A stretch of 64,000 nucleotides of DNA, from assembly GCF_006345805.1 (NCBI RefSeq), contig NC_043012.1, forward strand, positions 20,460,001 through 20,524,000. Direction: 5' to 3'. Positions 53,001-64,000 of this stretch are shown here, piece after piece. Both the position numbers and the translations under genes were made by a program. Within the stretch, counting starts at the first letter, position 1, and each line of letters begins with the position of its first letter. Origin of the DNA: Octopus sinensis. Taxonomy: Eukaryota. A model generated the notes under the pieces. The model did not search any database, had not been told where the DNA came from, and saw nothing but the letters and a program-made list of their open reading frames with translations.

Positions 53001-53371
53001 AGGAGCACTCCGTCGGTTACGACGATGAGGGTCCCAGCTGATACGATCAACGGAACAGCGTGCTCGTGGAATTAACGTGCACGTGGCTGAGCATTCCACA
53101 GACACGTGTGCCCTTAACGTAGTTCTCGAGGAGATTCAGCGTGACACAGAGTGTGACAAGGCTGGCCCTTTGAAATACAGGTACAACAGAAACAGGAAGA
53201 AAGAGTGAGAGAAAGTTGTGGTGAAAGAGTACAGCAGGGTTCACCCCTCCCCCCCTGCAGGAGCCTTGTGAAGCTTCAGGTGTTTTCGCTCAATAAACAC
53301 TCACAATGCCTGGTCTGGGAATCGAAACCGCGATCCTACGACCGCGAGTCCGCTGCCCTAACCACTGGGCC
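53001..53371 (-). mobile_element. SINE family 3 (tRNA head, RTE-like tail)
   Basis: Head GGCCCAGTGGTTAGGGCAGCGGACTCGCGG...GGTTTCGATTCCC (A and B boxes); tail CCCTCATCGTCGTAACCGACGGAGTGC. Confidence 0.8.
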
Positions 53372-53411
53372 GACTGTAATATTAGGAAAACATAAAAGTA
53401 CTATTAGAATA

Positions 53412-53820
53412 CTAGCGGGGCCCGCAAATATTTCACGGAATTGATAGTAAGCCTATTGGTTTAATTTTGAAAAAATTATCCCAAAATCCTGAAAGCATAG
53501 GTTGTTTTGTATCTGTACGGAAAGATGGTCACTCATCTGCTACTCATTGAAATGTGAAAGAAATTGGAATACGGTGATTACTCAATGCAATTAATATAGA
53601 CACTTTATATAGTTTATGCACAATTTTATATAAATGAATGCACAGCACTCATTAAAAAAATATTCGCTCTTATTTTCCCATTTTCCCCATAAACAAACAA
53701 AAATATTATCCCATAGCTATGATACAATATCTAGTCAAATTGCGTATATCTGCCACGTAAACAAGCGCGAATATTTAACGGAATTGCGCTTAGACGCATG
53801 CGTTAAGGGATAATTGATAT
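53412..53820 (-). mobile_element. Possible non-autonomous Helitron; only the 3' end is confident
   Basis: Minus strand hairpin CCGTGAAATATTTGCGG followed by GCCCCG-CTAG and T; the 5' boundary is a guess. Confidence 0.4.
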
Positions 53821-54279
53821 AAAACAATTTAATTCAATGTCTTTAAAAACTGCACTTTTCATTATCCAATCGCCACCGCCTCCTCCTCCAACATTGCCAT
53901 ACCCATCATCATCTCTCCCTTCCCTTTCTCATTCCCTTCTCTCCCTCTTTCTCTCCATCAGTTCTCTTTGTCTCGCTCCCCTCTCTGCTTTTCTTTTTGC
54001 TCCCCGCCAAAACATTACCACTCTGCTAAAATTATTACGTTCCCCCTCCCACGTCATGGACGTTTATCTCCCTCTCTCTTTCCCTACCTCTCTCTCTCTG
54101 TCTCTCTCTCTGTCTCTCTCTCTCTCTGTTTCTCTCTCCCAGTCAAGTTTACTGGGGACTTTTTGGCGACCTTCGTAAATAATAGACGTTATACCGATGC
54201 CAACTAAGAGCAGTTCCTTTTTAGTCTGTTTCAACGCACACGTGTGTGTGAGAGTGTTTGCATGTATGTATCTATGTAC

Positions 54280-54343
<64 letters not shown>

Positions 54344-54403
54344 ATGTATATGCATGCATTCATGTATGTATTTACATATATATAGATAGAAAAATACATA
54401 GAC

Positions 54404-54471
<68 letters not shown>

Positions 54472-55799
54472 TCTCATATAGGGTAAACATAGTGCATATA
54501 TATGTGGGTATATAAATACAGAAGCATACACATATATTTGAATGTGTTTGGGGGGACTGTGTGTTTATGTGGTTATGGCGTGTGCGTACACATGAAATAG
54601 ATCAGCATATTGTCATTTCTATAAGTTGTCGCCATTGTTGCCTCTTAAACATTTCAAACAGACTTTTGTGAAATTACTGAGGAATGCATATTAAATTTAG
54701 TTTCCGACATAATCATCGTGACTGTAATGAAATGTCAGTATGTTCGTACATTCACTCGTATTATAGAACTATAGCGCTGAGAACATCTGTTTCCGTTAGA
54801 TCAGATAGATAACACATTATTAAATGGAGCAAACTTAAAATATTAATCAGGCATCCTAGCAACGAAGCTAGTTTGGAATTGTTGATTGCAGAGGTCTGGG
54901 AGCTGGCTAACAAATTATTGATAGCCTGATTCAGATTTTATAATTACATCACCCACAAATGTTTGTAATATGGGTTCTTTCTAATGATCAATTAAAATCT
55001 GCTAAAAATCATACCAGGTTTATGCTATTGATTAAGTAGTAAAAAATAATTCAATGTGCTGATTCCATAAAATTCCTTGTTACCGTTTTGTCTCATCATT
55101 GCAAATGCTAGCAGGTGTGATTAACTTTCATCCCACAATATACTGTGTCCCCTTTCATATCTCAACATTCTTTCGTTCATTTAAACTTTATCGCTAAAAT
55201 ATCATTTGGTAAGCATTTCGCCTATATTATTCTAACAGTACCTTTTATTACATTATAAGTTTTGTGGCATTTTTTACGACGAAGCTTGCTGGTTTGAAGA
55301 TGTTATTTCTAGTATTTCAAATGACTATTTAAAGACCAAACATTGGCTGCTTCACCAGAGTCATTCTTTCATACGTTGGATCAATGTGGCAAAATATATC
55401 ACTCCTTGTCATAGATGTGTCCCTGATTCATAACAAAATCCTCAACACTAGCAATGAGAAGCAATCTCTGAACTCATCGACACTTTCACTTATCGAAACG
55501 TGTATTGGACTATGGTTAGGATCTGTACAAACTTAAATTAATATGCTGAATATTCCCAGTACTATATATTTTTTTAATCCTAAGAAACATAATGCCGCGT
55601 CAATAGGCATAAATTCATGAGTTCTGATCAAGTAGTCCTATAAATTTTTCTCATAGTTAGTTTGTCTTTTGTGTGTATTCACTCAATTTTTGCGTATTCG
55701 AAGAACTGTGATATTGTGTCATCCGATTGTTAATACGTTTTTGAAATTGCATGAACTAAAAGTCGGAGGAGAGGGGATAAATTACGTGCATCAACTTGC

Positions 55800-56418
55800 T
55801 GTAAAATCAGGTAGTAATTTTACTTTGTATTTATTCTTAAAGCAAGTTTTGAAGAGCGCAGCGAGTTTAACATTAATTTTTCAAAAAATAAGGGAAGTGA
55901 CAAAGGAGAATATTCGGTCTATTTTGCTTTACGAGATCAATAAAGGCAACAACGCAACGGAAAGGGCGAGTAATATGGGGATCGGACAATTAGCGTGAGT
56001 CAGTATCAACGGTGGTTACAGAAATTCCGAGAAATTTGGACGGGAACTACAACTCAAAAGACGTGCCTCGTCCTGGAAAATCTGTAGAGTTTGATGAGGA
56101 CTTCCTGCAAACGTCCGTTGTTAACTGTTTGGGGGGTATGGACGGCTTAATCCACTTTGAACATATACACCCAAACCAAACGATAACAAAGGAGATCTAC
56201 TGCGAGTAGACGAGGTCAGAACGATACTGCTGAAGTAGTTTTCCTCACGGACAATTGAATTTTGGAAAAAGGGGCATTGCTACTCTACCAGATAAATGGA
56301 AGAACATTGTAGAAAATTAAGAGGACTATATTTTAGATTTAAAAAGAAGTTTCTTTATCCTAATTTTGAAAAATAAATAAGTATAAAATAAAACGCATTT
56401 TTTATGGGATAACCCAAT
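55800..56418 (+). mobile_element. Internally deleted mariner
   Basis: EVTKENIRSILLYEINKGNNATE, KDVPRPGKSVEFDED, NQTITKEIYCE; right TIR AAAACGCATTTTTTATGGGATAACCCAA plus TA; left TIR not found. Confidence 0.75.
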
Positions 56419-57525
56419 ATATAATTTCTTATTCGCTAAACATAACATGATGGCGGTTACAAAATGGGGACGATGACGTCACGATTGATATCCTCGTAAA
56501 TATGCACTACATATCCCTAGCAATCACTAACAGTTATATATATACGTGTGCTAATTAATGTTTTGTAATGATACTAGGACTGCGTATCAGTAATATATAT
56601 GTCTCCCCGATCTTATCACTAGTATTTTACTGACAGCATATCATTATGCTTTCACCAACATAAGCCTGTGTCCGAATATGTTTATGTGCATTTCCTAAAG
56701 TGTGCTAAGCCATTACTACATTAAACTGATATTTATGTGTCTAGAGGAGGAATTAATGAATGAGGCAGGTCATTAGTGGATATTAAACACTTGACTAATA
56801 TATAATCCCAAAAGTAATCCTGTAATTTTGCAATTCATTAATGAGTTCGTGGACCAGCATTATGTGCAATCAACCGCCAACTAAATATTAATATATTCTG
56901 CAAACATATAAATATGAATATCCAGGAATTATCCAAGAGATACCAAATAAGATATCTAAGCGAATTACATTTTGCTCTTGCTGTATTTTTATTCGCTTCG
57001 TTTTTAATCTACATATATGTAGAGATTGTCAGATGAAAACGAATTAATTTTGCGGATACACTTTATTCTAGTCATATCAATGGCCACGGGATGCCGTCCT
57101 TTAATGGCATCTCAACATTAAAATGAGATAGAGATAAAGCATATTCTTCCTCTCGGTGTCACACTCTCTAGATTCCACTTTCTCCCTGCATCTCTCTCTT
57201 TCCCATTCTTTCTCTCTCACGCTTTCTCTATCTCTCTGTCTCTCTATCTTTCTGTCTTTCTCACACATAGACACATATAGACACACATACACATTGAATA
57301 TAAATTTAAAAGTAAACTGGTATCTGAGTATATACGTAGAAATACACGCATATATACACGTATATACACGCGCAGAAATATACATATATATATGTATATA
57401 TATATATATATATATAATATAATACATCTCTGAGCGAGCTATTACATGTAATATATACATACATACATACATGCATACATATATATATATATATGTATAT
57501 ATATATATGTATATATATATATGTA

Positions 57526-57611
<86 letters not shown>

Positions 57612-57922
57612 TGAGAGAGAGAGAGAGTAGTGTTAGAAATGGCTACGATCTATCCTCATCACCTTTTAATGTATCCGCGAAAAAAACCCCCGGAATCTGT
57701 TGATTGAAAGATCTACTTGCATGCAGGATGGCAGTGATTGCTATTCAAAAGGATTAATCCTCCAAAATTCCAGTATCAAACCAACGAAGCGTATGAGTTT
57801 CTGCAACCACCTGCTTTATACATTAACTTGCACTGGGTTTATGCAAATTCATTTTGAATATAGACGACCATTCATTAAACGAGTTTGTACCTACATAAAG
57901 ATATTTACACATACTTATATAC

Positions 57923-57967
<45 letters not shown>

Positions 57968-57991
57968 AATGTGCGTGTGTATGTGTATGTA

Positions 57992-58035
<44 letters not shown>

Positions 58036-60425
58036 TATATGTGCCTGTGGTCTCGTGTATATGTGTAAAGAGAACGGTGTGCTGTTGATCACTATTTAAA
58101 TTAACGGAAGCTGTCGTAAGTTTTTACTAATGATTTAATGAAATGCTTGACAGCTTGCAACTTACCAATGCAACATGATTCATTATATATTCCTGGTATG
58201 ATAAATCTCCTACGTGATGGATTACCATTTTAATTAATCTCATTAATTGAGTGAATTACACGCAACCATTATTTACCTTAATCATTTTCTCATTTTCAGC
58301 TAATTACTTCATATCTTAATTTCTCTAATTTATTGCATAATTTAATGATTGCTCTTTCTGGAGAATACATGACATTGAACGATCCCATTTGATATTGAAA
58401 TTACCCAATACAAGAGGTGGTCATCTTATCTCATTAAATTCGTAATTATTCCTTTTGTTCAACTTGATATGTCAGATTTGAAATATGGCTGCTCTGTAGC
58501 AAAAACTTTCCCCAAATTGTTTATTTAATTATACCAACTCCGTTGGCGTCTAAAAACTTTTAAATCACCTAAGATCCAACGGTTATTCAATTTGCTTAGT
58601 GATCAAAGGCTATGCAAAATAACGCTCAACTTCACATTATTTAATTTATAAAACCAGTAATATATTTCTTTTTAAACTGTTAAGAGATATTCAATGCATC
58701 ATGATGCTTGTATTCATTTTCTCAGTTAATGTAGCATAAACATTGCATCCACCACTCAGTATGGCAATTAATATTATATCATATGTTATGCATTGAATTG
58801 TATCAAATTGCATTATTTTTGTATCATGTAGTGTAATATATGGTGAGTCATTATATAACTAGGTGCAGTTTTCTGATGTTATGCACTCCATTGTAGCATA
58901 TCATTCCCAATACAGAACCGTCCGATTGTTTGACTCCGGCTTATCCTATCGTGCGATAGAATAACAATGTGTGAATTACAGTACCAAAGCACACACAATC
59001 GAACCGTATAGCAGGCGGCACACTCTTTTGTGTCACTATTCCTATTGATGCATGATTCGTATGGTACGCTCAGATTGAACAATTATCTCCTGCAGCATCA
59101 GTTCATACGAATTTAGCAATTTTATTTCAAAAGTACCTTTTTAAGTTACTCTCAGAAGCTTTTACTGATGATACATTCATCACAAATATATAGCAATGGA
59201 CCTCTTATTCGTCTTCCATTCATCCAGGAATACGGTTTAACAACATACAGTATACTGTACCCTATAGTGACAATGTTTTACAAGTTGGCTAATTTTCATA
59301 CGGTGTGTTAAAATATTTTTGTTCAATACTTTTTTACGTGGATTGGTAAATATGAAACATATCCTGTTTCAGAAGCGTATTAACCTGTACCTCTACCTGT
59401 ATCTAACACATAAAACGACATTCTTTACTTTTTCCTGTCAATGTTCATGTTATAAACATAATGCTATATACATGATACATCATGATACACTCGAAGTATT
59501 TTATATTGATTAATTGATATCAAACAGATCCTGCTTTAGAAACATATTAATTTGAGACTATGTTGGATGAAATTTACCTCTTTACTTCTCATGGTTAATT
59601 TTTATAATTTCAGTACAAATATTTAGATTGTGTGTTCCCAGATATTCGGGCCACTTCTAATCCGTAGCTTTCAGGATATTTGTTCCGATACTGTATTGCA
59701 TAGTCAGAGGAAAACATCCGCACCATAAACGTTTTAAAGACATTTGAGATTGGTAGGGTAACAGATTTTATGTTACTCAAGGTAACATGCTCAAGGTAAC
59801 GTGAAATTAAATTGAATACGAAATGATCTAGTTTCGAAACGTAGTTTTCAAATGACACTGTTAAGTGTCCATCCGTCTTAAGAGATAAGAAATATCATTA
59901 TATTATAAGCATTTAACTTCTCTCGGGATATATAACCTAGGGAATCTTAAGATGTTTCCAGATTCATGGTGGAATAAACATCGGTGATGCTTTGCGTCAT
60001 ACGGAAACAGCAAGTTCTAATCCGATGAATACGGAGATAATTAGTTTATATTGAAAGAAGTTCAAAATCAAAATCATAGCACTTTAAAATGACACTAACT
60101 TATCTAGAAAAAATATCGGGTATTTGAACTTTTGTACAAATATTTAAATTCTATAATGCCATGCAATTTTTAAAAAGAATATACTGTATCATACATCTCT
60201 TGGTGTAATGTTCTCCGGAGAAACAGCAAAATGTCATGGAGCAATAAAATAAATATAGAAACTAGTGAGGAACGAAAATTTATGAAATTGGCAATATTCA
60301 CAGAAATATTATATAGCTTTTATAAAACTTTAAAATTATTATATTAGATATAAGTCGTTCTTCATTGTATAGTTATGGGTACCGAAAGTGTCTTTGGTTT
60401 CACCTGTACCGCTTTGTGTGTGTGT

Positions 60426-60635
<210 letters not shown>

Positions 60636-60894
60636 ATAATAAAAAGTAACAACAAAAGAAAGACAACTCTATATTAGGTAAATGGAGTTTATTTATATAT
60701 GTTATAATTTAGGACAAACAGTGAAAGGTTGTCTTTATATTACTCGGATAGTATAGTAAGATAAATATCCCCTCAGCCAATACGAGATATCAGTTTTTAT
60801 TAATACTAGCTAAACAAGTAAATATATAATTTTTAGTTTAGTATATTTTGAATTATTACACATTTTCTCTATTTCAGTTAATAAACTACATATT

Positions 60895-61070
60895 TTACTT
60901 TATTTTATTTTATTTAGTTTCAGCTCACAAGCTGTACCATTCTGGGGCAACGCCATTTGGTGTTGCTACATGATTTTACTTCACGAATGCTTTTTAGCAA
61001 ATGCCATCTGGTGCATGAGAGAGTTCGATGCAGCTGCCCTCATCTGCACCTCCTGCCGTGAAATTGGTTC
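60895..61070 (-). mobile_element. CR1-superfamily-like LINE, short 3' end
   Basis: EPISRQEVQMRAAASNSLMHQMA on the minus strand plus tail GGCGTTGCCCCAG...CAGCTTGTGAGCTGAAAC. Confidence 0.7.
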
Positions 61071-62120
61071 ATATATATACTTTATAATGTTTTTAGTGAT
61101 TAAGCTATTTTATTTCTTTTCTATGTTGTTCTGTCCTATCTGGTTATTTTATTTCTACATTATTTTATAATAGCCTTTATTTATTTATAAAATAAATCTA
61201 ATTTTTGTACCTCTATATATTCATACGTAGCTTATAATAAACTGCTTAGATTAAAATTTAATTAATATACCGTTAACATGTTCTTTTACCTCAGTAGTCC
61301 TTTATCAAATACCGATATATTCCAATTGATCAATATTCACTGACATCATCTGATAAGTTAGTATTTAAGTTTATAATATGTATAAATATTAAACTATTTC
61401 TTGATAATTTCTTTTCCTCCCTCTATTGTGGTAAAAGTTTGGTACATACTCAAATGTATTCATAAAACTTTTTATCCTTTTGTTATAATTATTCTTCTAA
61501 ATAATCCTCTGAATAAACCTAAACTTTAACTTTATTACAATATAACAGTATTGCTTAAAATATTTACTTATAGTACTACATGATAAAATTTCCCCTGTTT
61601 CATTATCAATGGTCTGCTAGTGGCCAGGCCCCTTAGTTGTCAGCTAACATCTTGATTTAAGTTTTCATTTATCAAATCTCATTATATTGCTTCAAATAAA
61701 TTTTTCTTTTTCTGACTATACCCACTATGATTTCTGATGACGCCATCAGCCACCCCCCTAACAGACACTGCCTCCTGTTCTCTCGGCCTTAGATATAAAG
61801 GATTTCTGTAGTCTATAAATTAAAACTGCCCCTATAAAACAGTGACAAGCAAAAACTGTAACAAGTCTTTTTTCCTGATTACCTAGTAGCTTCTAAGTGG
61901 AAGGAAGGGCAACAATGTTGTTTGTCTATCTCCTTAAGTTCTTGGAGATTTTAGGTAAAATTATAATAATGTATCCATCTGTTCTAATTAAATTATAAGC
62001 TATGTCTTTGTGCAGCTGAGGATTGGTCTGCAATTAATGGATGTAATGGTTCTATTGTTCAATTAAATGGAGTTGTATGAAACGATCGTACTGCATTACC
62101 TCTGGATATCCTTGTTGCTT
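61070..62120 (-). repeat. Unclassified AT-rich / PLE-associated repeat, copy 3
   Basis: 61915-62120 is homologous to 27700-27935; 61070-61590 is homologous to 28290-28569 and 29666-31020. Confidence 0.7.
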
Positions 62121-62337
62121 ACGTATATATATGGAAAAAAGTCAAGATAGAGAATGCTAAAATAATTTTATAAAAAACATTTCGGTACCGGTTTCAGACA
62201 TTGAGACTTTTTCAACTGTAGGTATGGAAAACAATTAAATTTTGGAAAAGTTAAAAGAAAAGTTATTTAAAGGAATATTTGCATAGTGTTCAAATACAAG
62301 TGGCATTTTCCTTGTTTCTACCTGTTTCTCACTCTCT

Positions 62338-62379
<42 letters not shown>

Positions 62380-62409
62380 GTGGCTACTCATGTGGGGTTG
62401 AGTTCATTC

Positions 62410-62790
62410 ATTTATTTATTTATTTATTTTATTAGATTCAGCTCAAAGTTGTGGCCATGCTGGGGCACCGCCGTTTTGCTACACTGTTATCATTGGCAAC
62501 CTCCTCTGATGAGTCGCATTTGGCGAATAAGGGAGTTTGATGTCGCTACCTTCATTTGCGCCTCCTGCCGCAAAGTAGGTTCATCTCGGACTCTTGACAG
62601 GAAGAGATCCAGTTTTGATTTGAAAACATATACATCCACTTTGCATACGTCCCTCAGGTTCTTTTGGAGAATAATAAATATATGTGTGCCCATAATATCG
62701 TTGCTATTGTGCAAAAGAATCGTAAGTCCAAAACGTTGCTTTTTCAGAAAACGAAAAAATAGTTTCACCATTCCATAGCAAAAGCTTTGT
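62410..62790 (-). mobile_element. CR1-superfamily-like LINE, 3' end
   Basis: KNLRDVCKVDVYVFKSKLDLFLSRVRDEPTLRQEAQMKVATSNSLIRQM; tail GGCGGTGCCCCAGCATGGCCACAACTTTGAGCTGAA and (TAAA)n. Confidence 0.8.
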
Positions 62791-64000
62791 TCTACACTTT
62801 GATCATTTTTGATATCTTGGCATCTGAAGCAGCTGGAGATACGATAGTTTGAACAAGCATAAATAAATATTGAAAAAAGAATGCATTAGGCCAAATATGG
62901 ACATATGACAGTTTAACATAGTAGCAACGATATACATTTGTGTGTATGTGAAGCGTGCTCTTGTATGTGGGTGTGTGTATGTGTGTTTTTAATTCCTGGG
63001 GTATCTTTGGGAAAATCTTAATCTTAGACAATGTTTTTTCTTGTTTTTCGAGCTGAGATCAATTCCAAATAATTATGCCTTGAGTAGATTTATGTTCATA
63101 GCAGAAAAAAATTAAGTGGCATTCATTCTTTTTTATCTTTGATCCTTATAAACTCAATCAAATTATTTTAATCATTTTTACTCCATTTGTTTTCATCTTT
63201 CTCCGAGTTAAACAATAGAATTTTAATGAAAATATTTATCATTTACCATCTTTCCCCTACAACAATTTGAATGTAATACAAATAATTACTCCAGAATTTA
63301 CACTCGCTGTACAACATTCCGACACACACTGCAGGTAAAGATAATTAAAACTACGGAGAGAAAATATCATATTGCATTCGATTTATGCTTATTTTATTTT
63401 CGTAAACGATTTCTCCCTTAATGCCACGCAGTGTTAAATATCTTTCATTATAGATAATAAAATACTCTAAAATGAATATTTTATTTTACATCTTTCCATT
63501 ATTTTTCATTTGGATGTTCTCATTTGCTTTCTGGATAATATTTTGCCGTTTTTCTAAATTATTATATTTTGCTTTCCCAAAAATGTTGTGGATCAAATTT
63601 AGTTTAAATAATATTTGCTATTTCATCTTCGAACACATTCCTTAGACGAGAGCCAATTTACAATACACTATATAAGGAAAATATATATGTATATGTCCAT
63701 AGTTATGGTATATTCCGTTAAGAACATAGTTGAGTAAAATATAAAGCTTGTCCACCTTCAGATTTCACCCTGTGCTATCCAGTAGTAATATTATACGTAC
63801 TTTCAGGTTTGCGTTTGGGCATCTGTCGTATGTGAATAGTTAATTGAAAATATTGGATTAAAAAAAGAGTACAATTGAATATTTATTTTTTAATCACAAG
63901 GATTGCCTCTACGCAACGTAGTTCTCCATGCGAGCGGGTAATTGATTATGCAATCCTTTCCCTGAATTATTACATATAATCGTGTTTTCCCAGGCGATAT

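Noticed and set aside
62500-62540. CTGATGAGTCGC...GCGAATAAG as a hammerhead
   Set aside because: No GAAA core and no stem I or III; it is the antisense of LINE coding sequence

Overview
AT-rich, microsatellite-saturated eukaryotic DNA. The SINE families, RTE, mariner and Penelope-like content look like an octopus (coleoid cephalopod) genome; this is an inference from repeat content. I recognise no host protein-coding gene, rRNA, true tRNA or CRISPR array, and most ORFs in the supplied track are translations of simple repeats. The window is a mosaic of mobile elements: three tRNA-derived SINE families, three decayed mariners plus MITEs, an RTE LINE, three CR1-like LINE 3' ends, an RLE-type LINE relic, Helitron-like non-autonomous elements and several Penelope-like (PLE) remnants. 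The standout structure is a ~4.2-kb palindrome (about 17456-21666). It has two ~2.1-kb inverted arms of a 5'-truncated PLE (RT thumb, linker, GIY-YIG endonuclease) and a 14-nt spacer. Each arm ends in a type I hammerhead ribozyme with an intact catalytic core. Other notable items: a 361-bp retrozyme-like unit with a decayed hammerhead, two SINE/LINE 3'-tail partnerships visible within the window, an RTE C-terminus with apparently three tandem C2H2-like fingers, and a small templated-insertion scar.
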